A stretch of DNA of 64,000 nucleotides from a bacterium (lineage in GTDB: Bacteria > Patescibacteriota > UBA1384 > XYA2-FULL-43-10 > JAKAMI01): positions 1,047 through 65,046 of the forward strand of contig JAKAMI010000002.1 of the NCBI GenBank assembly GCA_021812945.1, written 5' to 3'. This document shows, piece by piece, positions 18,224-27,462 of this stretch (the stretch's first letter is position 1; each line of letters opens with the position of its first letter). Position numbers and translations under genes: made by a program. Under the pieces are notes generated by a model that was not told the DNA's origin, ran no database searches, and was given only the letters and a program-made list of their open reading frames with translations.

Positions 18224-19111
18224 ATGTCCAAAATTACCAAAGCAATAATTCCGGCGGCCGGATTGGGAACGCGCTTTTTGCCCGCTACCATCGCCCAGCC
18301 CAAAGAGATGTTACCCATCGTTGATAAACCGGTGATTCAGTTTGTAGTGGAAGAAGCGGTCAAAGCCGGCATCAAGGACATCCTGATTATCACCGGCCGG
18401 AGCAAGCGGGCTATCGAGGACCACTTTGATCCGTCCTACGAGCTCGAGGATATGCTCCAGAAGAGGGGCAAAATCGAGATTTTAAAGATTATCAAACAGA
18501 TTTCCGGACTGGCCAACATCCATTTTGTGCGCCAGAAACGCCAGCTTGGTTTGGCCGATGCTATTTATCAAGGAAGAACTTTTGCCGGTTCTGATTCGTT
18601 TGCGGTGCTTTTGGGAGACACGATTATATATTCGCCAGATAAGAACCACAACCTAAGCCAAATGATTAAGAAACATCAGCAAACCGGCCGGTCGGTGGTA
18701 GCGGTCGAGAAGGTGGCCGATGAAGATATCGTCCGTTACGGCATTGTGGATGGAAAAAAGATCGAGGACCGAGTTTACGAGGTCAAGGACCTGGTGGAGA
18801 AACCGGAGATCAAAAACGCTCCTTCAAATCTGGCTATCGCTTCGCGGTATGTCTTTGACCCGGGGATTTTCGAGCTGATTGGAAAAACCAAATCCGGCAA
18901 AGGCGGGGAGATCCAGATCACCGATTCGATGCGTTATCTGGCCAAAGAAGGAAAGCTTCTGGCCTACGAGATTGACGGTATTCGCTATGATATCGGCAAC
19001 AAAGTTGATTTTGTCAAGACCAACATCGACTTTGCTCTAAGACGACCCGACGCCAGAGGTGAGATTCTGGAATACATGAAAAAGATAGTTAAGGATGATA
19101 AAGGTAAATAG
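18224..19111 (+). CDS. galU: UTP--glucose-1-phosphate uridylyltransferase
   Basis: KAIIPAAGLGTRFLPATIAQPKEMLPIVDKPVIQFVVEEA. Confidence 0.9.
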   Translation: MSKITKAIIPAAGLGTRFLPATIAQPKEMLPIVDKPVIQFVVEEAVKAGIKDILIITGRSKRAIEDHFDPSYELEDMLQKRGKIEILKIIKQISGLANIHFVRQKRQLGLADAIYQGRTFAGSDSFAVLLGDTIIYSPDKNHNLSQMIKKHQQTGRSVVAVEKVADEDIVRYGIVDGKKIEDRVYEVKDLVEKPEIKNAPSNLAIASRYVFDPGIFELIGKTKSGKGGEIQITDSMRYLAKEGKLLAYEIDGIRYDIGNKVDFVKTNIDFALRRPDARGEILEYMKKIVKDDKGK

Positions 19112-19172
19112 TTTATAGTTGATGGTTAATCGATAACAGTAAATACAAGATTTGTAATTTAAAAGTGAATCA

Positions 19173-20141
19173 ATGAGTAAAAGTCAATCAACGATCAACG
19201 ATCAACGATCAACATACTTAACAACCGGTGCGGCGGGGTTTTTGGGCTCGAACTTGAGTCTAAGATTGCTTGAAGGTGGACATGAGGTGGTTGGTGTCGA
19301 CAATTTGCAAACCGGCCGGCGGCAAAACCTGGAGGAGCTCAAGAAATTCCCCAAATTCAAATTCGTCGATCACGATATTATCGAACCGCTTAAAGTCGAG
19401 GGTTCTTTTGAGTATATCCTGAATCTGGCCTGTCCGGCTTCCCCTCCCCGCTACTACCAAGATCCGGTCAAAACCCTGGAAACCAACTCCGCCGGCACCA
19501 AAAATATGCTTGAGCTGGCGCTAAAACATAGGGCGCGTTTTTTTCAGACTTCAACCTCTGAAGTTTACGGCAACCCCAAAGAGCATCCTCAGAGAGAAAG
19601 CTATTTCGGTAATGTCGAACCCTACTGCAAACGCTCCTGCTACGACGAAGGCAAACGCTATGCCGAGGCTTTAATCTGGCAATATCGGCATTTATTCAAA
19701 CTGGACACCGGAATCATCCGGATTTTCAACACCTACGGTCCGAGAATGGATCCGGAGGACGGCCGCGTGGTCACCAATTTCATCAGGCAGGCATTAAACG
19801 CTGAAAATATCACCGTTCAAGGTAGCGGCGAGCAAACGCGATCTTTTTGTTACGTTGACGATCAAATCGACGGGATGATGAAAATGATCCATTCCGAAGA
19901 AGAGGGTCCGATCAACATCGGCAACCCCGGGGAGTTTAGCATTTTAGAGCTAGCTAATCTAATTATCAAGCTGACCGGAAGCAAATCAAAAATTATCCAC
20001 ACCGAAGCCGCCTTGAGCGACCCGGAGCGCCGCCGACCGGACATTTCTCTAGCCAAAGAACGCTTGGGTTGGGAACCGAAGGTAGGGCTGGAAGAAGGGC
20101 TGAAGAAGACGATAGAGTGGATGAAAATGATTAAAAACTAA
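19173..20141 (+). CDS. UDP-glucuronate decarboxylase (UDP-xylose synthase, SDR family)
   Basis: TGAAGFLGSNL...ILNLACPASPPRYYQDPVKTLETN...YDEGKRYAE; N-terminal caacgat heptamer repeat (QSTINDQRST). Confidence 0.8.
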   Translation: MSKSQSTINDQRSTYLTTGAAGFLGSNLSLRLLEGGHEVVGVDNLQTGRRQNLEELKKFPKFKFVDHDIIEPLKVEGSFEYILNLACPASPPRYYQDPVKTLETNSAGTKNMLELALKHRARFFQTSTSEVYGNPKEHPQRESYFGNVEPYCKRSCYDEGKRYAEALIWQYRHLFKLDTGIIRIFNTYGPRMDPEDGRVVTNFIRQALNAENITVQGSGEQTRSFCYVDDQIDGMMKMIHSEEEGPINIGNPGEFSILELANLIIKLTGSKSKIIHTEAALSDPERRRPDISLAKERLGWEPKVGLEEGLKKTIEWMKMIKN

Positions 20142-20148
20142 ACGTTTT

Positions 20149-20236
20149 CCCCTCGCAAATCTACAAATTTTACAAAAATACAAATTGCACGTCGCGCGTT
20201 ATTTGTACTTTTGCTAGATTTGTAGATTCGCGAAGG
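20149..20236. repeat. Family-A palindromic element, copy 4, immediately upstream of ugd (provides its aaggag SD)
   Basis: cccctcgcaaatctacaaattttacaaaaatacaaat...atttgtacttttgctagatttgtagattcgcgaaggag. Confidence 0.7.
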
Positions 20237-20252
20237 AGAGAGGAGTTTTGTC

Positions 20253-21542
20253 ATGAAGATTGTCATTATCGGTACCGGCTATGTCGGACTGGTTCAAGGG
20301 GTGATGCTGGCGGAGCTGGGCAACGAGGTTGTCTGCATCGATATCGACCAGGCCAAGATCGACAAATTGAATCAGGGTATCTCGCCTATTTATGAACCCG
20401 GAATAGAGGAACTAGTCCAAAAAAACCTCAAGTCCGGTAGAATCAAGTTCAGCACCGATCTTGAAGCCGATATTGCCGGAGTCGAGATTATCTTCATCGC
20501 TGTCGGCACGCCGCCGGCCGAGGACGGTCGAGCGGACTTAAAGTATGTCCTGGCGGCGGCCAAAAACATCGGTGAGAATCTGAAGGGTTACGCCGTGGTG
20601 GCCAATAAAAGCACCGTGCCCATCGGCACCGGCCAGCTGGTCTATAAAACCATTAAAAAGTACTACAAAGGCAAATTTGACGTAGTCTCCAACCCCGAGT
20701 TTTTGCGGGAAGGGGCAGCGGTGGACGATTTTTCAAAACCGGACCGCATCGTCATCGGCAGTGATAACAACGAAGCTGCGGCCAAAAAAGTGGCAAAGCT
20801 TTATGAAGTGCTTGGCGCTCCTATTTTAATAACCAATCTGGAAACCGCCGAGATGATCAAGTACGCTTCTAATTCATTTCTGGCCACGGAAATTTCCTTT
20901 ATCAACTCTGTCGCCAACATCTGCCAGGCGGTCGGAGCAGATGTCGCCGACGTTTCCCGAGGCATGAAACTGGATTCCCGCATCGGCCAACGGGCCTTTC
21001 TCTCCGCCGGTTTGGGCTATGGCGGTTCCTGCTTCCCCAAAGACGTTCAGGCCATGGTGCAAATAGCTCGGGACAACAAAGTCGATTTCAAGATATTGGA
21101 AGAAGTCGAGGCGGTCAACAAGTTGCAGAGACAAAAATTCATTATGGGAATTAAGGGGAGATTAGGAGAGCTTAGGGGGAAGCGAATCGCGGTCTGGGGT
21201 GTGGCCTTCAAGCCCAAAACCGACGATATTCGCGAGGCACCGGCCATTCAGACCATCGAAAGCCTGATAGATCTGGGCGCCGAGGTCCTAGCCTACGATC
21301 CGGTAGCCGCGGAGAACGCCGGCAAGCTGATTCCGGAAGCCATCTTTGTCAGCCGCTCCATCGACGCCTGCAAAAAAGCCGATGCTCTGGTCATTGTCAC
21401 CGAGTGGGACGAATTCAAACAGATCGATCTAAAAAACGTCAGATCGGTCATGAAACAGCCGACTGTCTTCGACGGCCGCAACATTTACAATCCGAAAGAG
21501 ATGAAGAAATTGGGGTTTAAATATTACAGCATAGGACGGTAA
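20253..21542 (+). CDS. ugd: UDP-glucose 6-dehydrogenase
   Basis: MKIVIIGTGYVGLVQGVMLAELGNEVVCIDID...GSCFPKDVQAM. Confidence 0.9.
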   Translation: MKIVIIGTGYVGLVQGVMLAELGNEVVCIDIDQAKIDKLNQGISPIYEPGIEELVQKNLKSGRIKFSTDLEADIAGVEIIFIAVGTPPAEDGRADLKYVLAAAKNIGENLKGYAVVANKSTVPIGTGQLVYKTIKKYYKGKFDVVSNPEFLREGAAVDDFSKPDRIVIGSDNNEAAAKKVAKLYEVLGAPILITNLETAEMIKYASNSFLATEISFINSVANICQAVGADVADVSRGMKLDSRIGQRAFLSAGLGYGGSCFPKDVQAMVQIARDNKVDFKILEEVEAVNKLQRQKFIMGIKGRLGELRGKRIAVWGVAFKPKTDDIREAPAIQTIESLIDLGAEVLAYDPVAAENAGKLIPEAIFVSRSIDACKKADALVIVTEWDEFKQIDLKNVRSVMKQPTVFDGRNIYNPKEMKKLGFKYYSIGR

Positions 21543-21548
21543 GGTTGT

Positions 21549-21639
21549 CCCCTTCGCGAATCTACAAATTTTACGAAAATACGAATTGGACACTACTCGC
21601 TATTTGTACTTTTGCTAGATTTGTAGATTTGCGGAGGGG
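21549..21639. repeat. Family-A palindromic element, copy 5, upstream of the GT2 gene
   Basis: ccccttcgcgaatctacaaattttacgaaaatacgaat...atttgtacttttgctagatttgtagatttgcggagggg. Confidence 0.7.
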
Positions 21640-21667
21640 AGATACTTAGCCAGTTCATAGGAAGAAA

Positions 21668-22672
21668 ATGGAAAATCATCCGAAGGTTTCGATAATTATC
21701 CCAGCTAGGGCAATCAACGACTACATCTTAGAGTCGGTGCCGAAGATTTTGGAACTAGACTGGGATGACTACGAGATTTTAATAATTACCGATAAAAAAG
21801 ACACTCAGCACACTTGGCCCAAGACTCATTTACTTGTTTCGGGGCCAGTCGGTCCGGCCGAGAAGCGCGATCTTGGGGCGAAGAAGGCTAGCGGCGAGAT
21901 TTTAGCCTTTTTGGATGACGACGCTTACCCCGAGTCCAACTGGCTCAAGGAGTCGATCCACTGTTTTCTGGAGGATGAAAAGGTCGCAGCCGTCGGCGGC
22001 CCGGCCATAACCCCCGGTGACGACGGGATTTTACAAAAAGTCTCCGGCGCGGTTTTCGAGTCGTACCTCGGCGGCGGCCCTGCCCGCAACCGCTATATGT
22101 GCCTCGGCGACCATTGCCTGTGCGAAGACTGGCCGACCGTAAATTTACTAGTCCGCAAGGACGTTTTCGAGAAGATTGGCGGCTTCGATACCGCTTACTG
22201 GCCCGGTGAAGATACGAAATTATGTTTGGATATTTTAAACGCCGGCTATCTGATGAAATACGACCCCAAAGCTATCGTTTACCACCACCGCCGGAGCGAC
22301 CTCTACAAACATCTGAAACAAACCGGCAACTACGCTTTGCACCGCGGCCACTTTGCCAAGAAATATCCCAAGACTTCGCTCAAGCTGTTTTACTTTGTCC
22401 CCACTCTTTTTGACCTTTACCTTGCTGTCCTGCTGTCCAGCTGTTTAGCTGTCTGGCTCGGAGAAATACAGTTTGACAGCTGGACAGAATACAGTTTATT
22501 AATTCCAATCGCAATATATTCGGTCGGGCTAGTCATCGATGCTCTCATCATTAGTTGGCGGTGGAAGAACCCGCTAGTCGGCCTGCTGGCTACGCCGATG
22601 ATCCTTTTAACCCACCTCTGGTACGGTATTCGCTTCGTCCAAGGACTGGCGGTTACAAAATTAGCACGCTAA
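21668..22672 (+). CDS. Family 2 glycosyltransferase with C-terminal TM segments
   Basis: VSIIIPARAINDYI...LAFLDDDAYPESNWL. The last approximately 125 nt are duplicated in diverged form at 27463-27585. Confidence 0.8.
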   Translation: MENHPKVSIIIPARAINDYILESVPKILELDWDDYEILIITDKKDTQHTWPKTHLLVSGPVGPAEKRDLGAKKASGEILAFLDDDAYPESNWLKESIHCFLEDEKVAAVGGPAITPGDDGILQKVSGAVFESYLGGGPARNRYMCLGDHCLCEDWPTVNLLVRKDVFEKIGGFDTAYWPGEDTKLCLDILNAGYLMKYDPKAIVYHHRRSDLYKHLKQTGNYALHRGHFAKKYPKTSLKLFYFVPTLFDLYLAVLLSSCLAVWLGEIQFDSWTEYSLLIPIAIYSVGLVIDALIISWRWKNPLVGLLATPMILLTHLWYGIRFVQGLAVTKLAR

Positions 22673-22737
22673 AATCCTGAATCAATGACTCGAATCCGAT
22701 CTTACCCCTTTCGCTGATTTTTGATAAACTCATAAAT

Positions 22738-24276
22738 ATGAACAGCCCCGACCTAGCCCTAGATAACCACGACCGAGACCGTGAGAACCATCCGGATCTT
22801 GGTCGAATTATCGATCCTAAACACCTTACCCTTCTTGACGAGGTAGTTGATAACGGCCAACACAGATTGAGTGAACTATTGAAGCGACACGGGAAAATAG
22901 CCGAACCGCTTATGGAGCGTTTCGGGCAATTGCTCGAAAATGCCAGTCGACTCTCAGAATATCTGGACGACGTTTTGGGTCAAGCCGGTTACCAAAACGA
23001 TGCCGGAAGAATCCTGCAGAATATACTCCAACCGGCCGTAGCCTGGGCTGAGAACCAACGGTTTGAATATCCAGATGATAACCCCGACTATGATCCGCCA
23101 TTCCCCCTGCCTTCGGATCTGCACTTGTTCTACATCCACCCGATCGAATCTTTCTTGGGTCAAGCCGAACGTTCAATCGACGGTTTTGTCAAATATCAAT
23201 ACTATTTCGAGCGGTTCTGGCGAGAAACGGAGCCGTCGACGACGAAAAGCGACTTGATCACTCCGGAAAAAGTGGCCGCTGGCCAAGAGAAGATAATGCA
23301 GAGTTTAAATCTAAACGAGTACGAAAAAAGAACCGCCGATGCTTCTGTGACCCTGCATTATTTGCTACAAGGACTGCTGGAAACCTCCGATGCCGATATC
23401 TTGCGCCTCTTGCGTCACCAATCTCCTGCCCGAGAAAAACTGGTTTTGGACTTGGGTTGCGGTACCGGCCGGCTTGATATTGCTCTCGCCCTAACCGGTC
23501 GTTTTAAGATCAATGGGATAGACTTGTCCTCCGAAGTTCTGGAACAGGCCGGCCAGCGAGTCGCCAATATAGCCGGCCCTGCGGGGCAAGATCAAGTACT
23601 GGGCGATCTGGACACGGCTGTCGGTTCTCTCTGGGCAAGCCGGCAAAAAAGAATCGGCCGCCTCGACATAGACCGCCAGCGCTTAGAATTATCGGACAGG
23701 CTGAGCTTAAAAAAGGCTAGTTTTTTTGAACTGAACAGAGAGAAATACCAAGAGCTGTTTGGCAATCGACTTGCCGACGCTGTTACCATCACTTGGCACA
23801 CCTTCGGTTTTGCCGGTGACCGCTCGGGACAGCTTCAAGTCTTAGCAAATGCCATTGACAACCTGGAACAGGGCGGGAGGATTCTAATAGAAATGCCCGA
23901 CCGTGAATTGGGTGAGTACGGGCGGGTAGCAGAGAGCTATCATCGGCAATCGGGCGGCAAGACGCCGCTGGGAGTTGTGGTCGACCGACCGGCCGGCAAA
24001 GGCAGTGTTTCCAACCCCGACTCCGAAGGCGCTCCGCGCTACTTCCCGAGCAAGGCTGAGATGTTCTCGGTTCTAAAAGAAGCCGGTTTCGAAAAAGTCG
24101 GTTGTCAAAGCTACTATATTCGGATCCGCGACAACGGCAAAGAACGATTGATTAAAGAAATTCTGTACACAGCGCAAAAACCGCTGGCCGCCGGCGACTC
24201 GGAAAAAGAGGCAATACTAACCTATCGTCTAAGAAATCCCAACAGCTTTGATGCCCTGCCAAGCGAGCTCGAATAA
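22738..24276 (+). CDS. Hypothetical protein with a class I SAM-dependent methyltransferase domain (residues about 230-400) and a novel 220 aa N-terminal region
   Basis: LVLDLGCGTGRLDIALALTG (motif I) and ILIEMPD (post II). Confidence 0.55.
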   Translation: MNSPDLALDNHDRDRENHPDLGRIIDPKHLTLLDEVVDNGQHRLSELLKRHGKIAEPLMERFGQLLENASRLSEYLDDVLGQAGYQNDAGRILQNILQPAVAWAENQRFEYPDDNPDYDPPFPLPSDLHLFYIHPIESFLGQAERSIDGFVKYQYYFERFWRETEPSTTKSDLITPEKVAAGQEKIMQSLNLNEYEKRTADASVTLHYLLQGLLETSDADILRLLRHQSPAREKLVLDLGCGTGRLDIALALTGRFKINGIDLSSEVLEQAGQRVANIAGPAGQDQVLGDLDTAVGSLWASRQKRIGRLDIDRQRLELSDRLSLKKASFFELNREKYQELFGNRLADAVTITWHTFGFAGDRSGQLQVLANAIDNLEQGGRILIEMPDRELGEYGRVAESYHRQSGGKTPLGVVVDRPAGKGSVSNPDSEGAPRYFPSKAEMFSVLKEAGFEKVGCQSYYIRIRDNGKERLIKEILYTAQKPLAAGDSEKEAILTYRLRNPNSFDALPSELE

Positions 24277-25029
24277 ACCGGACATAGTCTTGGCTATCAG
24301 CTCGTTCTCGATAATCACGCCTATCAGGGCGTTATTTTTGTTATAGTTGGCAAAAGAAACCTTGTTGCCGTATATTTGCACTTCCAAAAGTGCCGGAAAA
24401 AGTTTTTGTTCGACGACCCTGGTCTCTCTTAGCTCCTCTTTGGTTCTTCCAATATATGAAGCGGTTTCCGGATCGGTTTTATCAGCGGAGACTATAACCC
24501 GGGCGGTAATTTTATTTTTAATCCTTAAAGGTGCGTAGCTTTTCCTCAGCCAACTGCTAACTGTTTCTTCGGCTTGTGTCAACCCAAGAAAAGACTTGAT
24601 CGGTTGCCCGGACCTCAAAGTATCCAAATAGAGATTTTTAATACCCTCTATCCCTTCAAAAACTCTTACTACCGGTTTCTCGGTGGTGTTTCTGTAAAGC
24701 TCGGAAAGTCCGGGAATGACCGAGTCGATCATCTTCTGGGCCTGGGAAAGCTCTCGTTCCCTGTTGTTCAAATAAACTTTTAGCTGGTACGGGTCGTTTG
24801 GCCGGAATTCGAGTTTCTTTTTTACGTCGGACTTTTGGACTAAGGACTTCTGGGCTAAGGACTGTAAAACATTGTAGAGATTGGTTCGCGAAAGCTTGGG
24901 GATCAGTTTCTGCATAGATAAAATGCTGACCTGTCCGTTCTTGATCAGAACTTCGTAAACCAAAGCCTCACTGTCGTTGAGACCGGTTCTGGCGAGTATT
25001 TCTTTATAATTGATGTCTTTTCTGTCCAT
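24229..25029 (-). CDS. TrmB-like winged-HTH transcriptional regulator
   Basis: ATG at 25029. N-terminal wHTH (LNDSEALVYEVLIKNGQVSILSMQKLIPKLSRTNLYNVLQSL). Converges on and overlaps the previous gene by 48 nt. Confidence 0.5.
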   Translation of the reverse strand: MDRKDINYKEILARTGLNDSEALVYEVLIKNGQVSILSMQKLIPKLSRTNLYNVLQSLAQKSLVQKSDVKKKLEFRPNDPYQLKVYLNNRERELSQAQKMIDSVIPGLSELYRNTTEKPVVRVFEGIEGIKNLYLDTLRSGQPIKSFLGLTQAEETVSSWLRKSYAPLRIKNKITARVIVSADKTDPETASYIGRTKEELRETRVVEQKLFPALLEVQIYGNKVSFANYNKNNALIGVIIENELIAKTMSGLFELAWQGIKAVGIS

Positions 25030-25189
25030 ATCTCTATTATAGATCAAGTAATATAATATGTCAATTATTAAATGACAAATAAATAGAAACGATGATTAAA
25101 GTAAAGATAATTGGTAAAATAGGATACTGATAAATACTTATAAATTAAGAGATCAATTTTAAAATAAACTTAAGTACGTCATAACACCA

Positions 25190-25218
25190 TTGACAAATGC
25201 AAAATAATATGTTATACT
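25190..25218 (+). promoter_or_regulatory. Consensus sigma70-type promoter (TTGACA-17-TATACT)
   Basis: ttgacaaatgcaaaataatatgttatact in an AT-rich spacer. No ORF follows. Confidence 0.6.
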
Positions 25219-25224
25219 GCTTCC

Positions 25225-25636
25225 GTTACGATGGAAATCGGCCAAGGGCTTCAGGAAGCCGGGCAATAATCCAAAGTAGCACCTTAACAACCGAATATAC
25301 GCAGGTAGTAGCTGGTTTCACCGCCTCAAGCCCCACCAGGTCGGAGGCAAAACCGAAGCTAAAGCGCCGGAATTAAGTCGGCTTCCGCCCCCAGCGGGTG
25401 GACGCGTATTCGTAATTATCCGGTCTTTGGCAACCCGATCCTAGAGTCAGGAGCTTTAGAATCAATTGAGTGTAGTTTTATCCTTGCTTCAGGAGTGTAG
25501 TGATAAACCTATATATAACCATTAATCGAATGAGCCCAGGCATCACCCTCGAGGTGGGCCTTGACTCCTCGAGGGTGGGACAGGTTGTTCTCTACCGCAC
25601 TCAAAACGGCGTTTAAAAACGCCGCCTTTCCAGCGC
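25225..25636 (+). ncRNA. Candidate non-coding RNA of about 400 nt, unknown class
   Basis: Perfect promoter upstream, GC-rich potentially structured sequence, no ORF over 60 aa on this strand, ends at hairpin cggcgtttaaaaacgccgcctttcc. It contains a family-D palindrome (caccctcgaggtgggccttgactcctcgagggtggg). No tmRNA, RNase P or SRP signatures were found. Confidence 0.3.
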
Positions 25637-26044
25637 TACTAATACATCATTAGAGGATCGGTTCGTGGTCTTCGGGCCATTGAACCCAAGATTCTCTATA
25701 GTCTCAATTCGCGACTCCCTTCGCTGCCCGTCATTCTGAGCAATCCCAACTGTCATTCTGAACGAAGTAAAGAATCTAGCGAAGCGAACAGCATTCTTTC
25801 CCATCTGGTCCTAAGCTGTCGGTGTCGGTGTACTGCCTACGCCAAGACTCAGGGGTGGAGAAGAAGAATTATTTTTTGTACAACCTTTGTCTCTTGTTTT
25901 TCACCCCGAGGGTGGGTTTTGACTCCCTCGGGGTGGGGCAAAAGACAAGGTTGTACAAAATACCCGCCGGCCTTCGCGCCAGGCGGGAAAATACCCTACC
26001 CCGGGTAAGTTCTCCATCTTGTCGGGAGCCGAAGGAGGCAGAAA

Positions 26045-26503
26045 ATGGAAGAAAAGATCAAAAAGGTCGTTTTTGTTCTGCTCGCCGCGATCAACGCGGC
26101 GATGGCGGCCTCGTTTGAGGCCGCCCGTCAAGCGCGCATTGAGGCGCGTCTTGACCGGCAGCGGCAGACTATCAAGAAGATGGCGATGGCCTCGCTCACG
26201 CCCACCGAGTGGGCGTTGGCCGGCCGCATCTCGGGTTACTTGGAGTGCCCTGAAGTAGCATTTCAGGGTTGGTGGCAGTCGCTGGCCCATAACTGGGCCT
26301 GCCGGACTGCCCTTGATTCCGAGGGGAACTTCCGCGACCCCTCGGAATCACAAGAAGTCGCGGATGCTCTTGCCTGGTTGGGGTTTCCTAGCCAGGCGGC
26401 GTATGCCACGTCGATGGAGGTCCTCTGGGCCATCCATCGCGCGATGGCGTATGTAAAAGCCGGGCACGAAGGCTGGATCGTGCCGTCGGGTGGTTGTGAA
26501 TAG
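26045..26503 (+). CDS. Hypothetical protein in a GC-rich (about 65%) cassette
   Basis: Strong SD gaaggaggcagaaaATG. 152 aa, no known domain. Confidence 0.45.
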   Translation: MEEKIKKVVFVLLAAINAAMAASFEAARQARIEARLDRQRQTIKKMAMASLTPTEWALAGRISGYLECPEVAFQGWWQSLAHNWACRTALDSEGNFRDPSESQEVADALAWLGFPSQAAYATSMEVLWAIHRAMAYVKAGHEGWIVPSGGCE

Positions 26504-26696
26504 CTAACCGGCCAAGGGACCATTCCGCGCCCTAAAGATTCCGATGAAAATCGGAACGTGTCCGCCTTTAGCGGATGCGGCGGCGTTATTCCGGTGCCTC
26601 GTTCGCCATGGCGGACAAGCAGCCCGAGTTCGACCGGAAGACGATAACTGAGATGGTGGCTGCTAACTAGATTTGTGGCAGAAAGGAGGTGAAACG

Positions 26697-26927
26697 ATGA
26701 GTTCTTGGATCAGAATCTGTTCTGAATGTGGGGGGGAAGTTGTCGGGCAGGCGGGTTGCTACGCCTGCTCGACGGAGGCTACCGCCCGCAGGGGCGGCCA
26801 GCCAGAGCAGGGGCACCACCTCTGTTCTGTTTGGTCGGAGGCTCAAGCCTCCAGTGAAAAGTGGTATCCACTTTTCACGGAGCGTTCTGACAGGGCATGC
26901 GACTGTCCTGCCAGAAACCTCCGATAG
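26697..26927 (+). CDS. Small Cys-rich (zinc-ribbon-like) hypothetical protein
   Basis: SD aaggaggtgaaacgATG. CSECGG...CYACS pair. Confidence 0.4.
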   Translation: MSSWIRICSECGGEVVGQAGCYACSTEATARRGGQPEQGHHLCSVWSEAQASSEKWYPLFTERSDRACDCPARNLR

Positions 26928-27263
26928 CCTCCGGAGTCTGCAGGCTCCGAGGTTGTTAATCCTGCAGCGTAAGTCCGGTGTGCTCCTGTAGCCCGAGATT
27001 CGACCGGAATACGAAAGCTTAGGTGGCGGCTACGATTTGCAATCATACCCGGCCCCGACGTCAGTGTCGGGGCCAAAAGAACAGTTGAGCCGAAATCCAC
27101 ACCAGGAAAGTAGGCTCACCTTCACCCGCTAAGCGGGTCTGATGAGTCTTTGAAAATTAAGACGAAAAGGTGAGTTATCGCCAACCTGCCTTTAGGTTGC
27201 ACTCCTGTCCCGACGCCCCGATTTGCGTCGGGGGTCGGGAGCCACCTGAGGGCAGATTAGCCT

Positions 27264-27306
27264 AAAAAATCCTCGCGTTATAACCGTACCGCGGGGATTT
27301 TTTAGT
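27264..27306 (+). terminator. Intrinsic terminator
   Basis: aaaaaatcctcgcg-ttataaccgtac-cgcggggattttttag. Confidence 0.6.
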
Positions 27307-27319
27307 TTGGAGACCAGAC

Positions 27320-27462
27320 CTAATTTTAGTCTGTAGCGAAATATAGCTTGTTCTGTCATTCTGAACACAGTGAAGAATCTCTACCTGTAGAATAGATCCT
27401 TCGCAAGCTCAGGATGACAGAAATTAGCTTAGGATGACAAAATCAAACTTAAGGATGACAGA
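27320..27462. mobile_element. Truncated copy of a GTCAT-hairpin MITE (full copy with terminal inverted repeats at 60907-61050)
   Basis: Roughly 85% identical to 60917-61040. The left TIR agtctgtagc is present, the right TIR is missing, and the copy ends exactly at the junction with the duplicated gene tail. Confidence 0.6.

Noticed and set aside
25225-25636. tmRNA, RNase P RNA, SRP RNA or 6S RNA identity for the candidate ncRNA
   Set aside because: I could not find the tRNA-like T-arm/CCA end, the GGAAAGUCCGGGCUCC P4 motif or SRP domain IV motifs. It is left unclassified.
26673-26696. Upstream start (MWQKGGET) for the zinc-ribbon ORF
   Set aside because: The AAGGAGGTG SD sits 6 nt before the internal ATG at 26697, so the shorter form is preferred.
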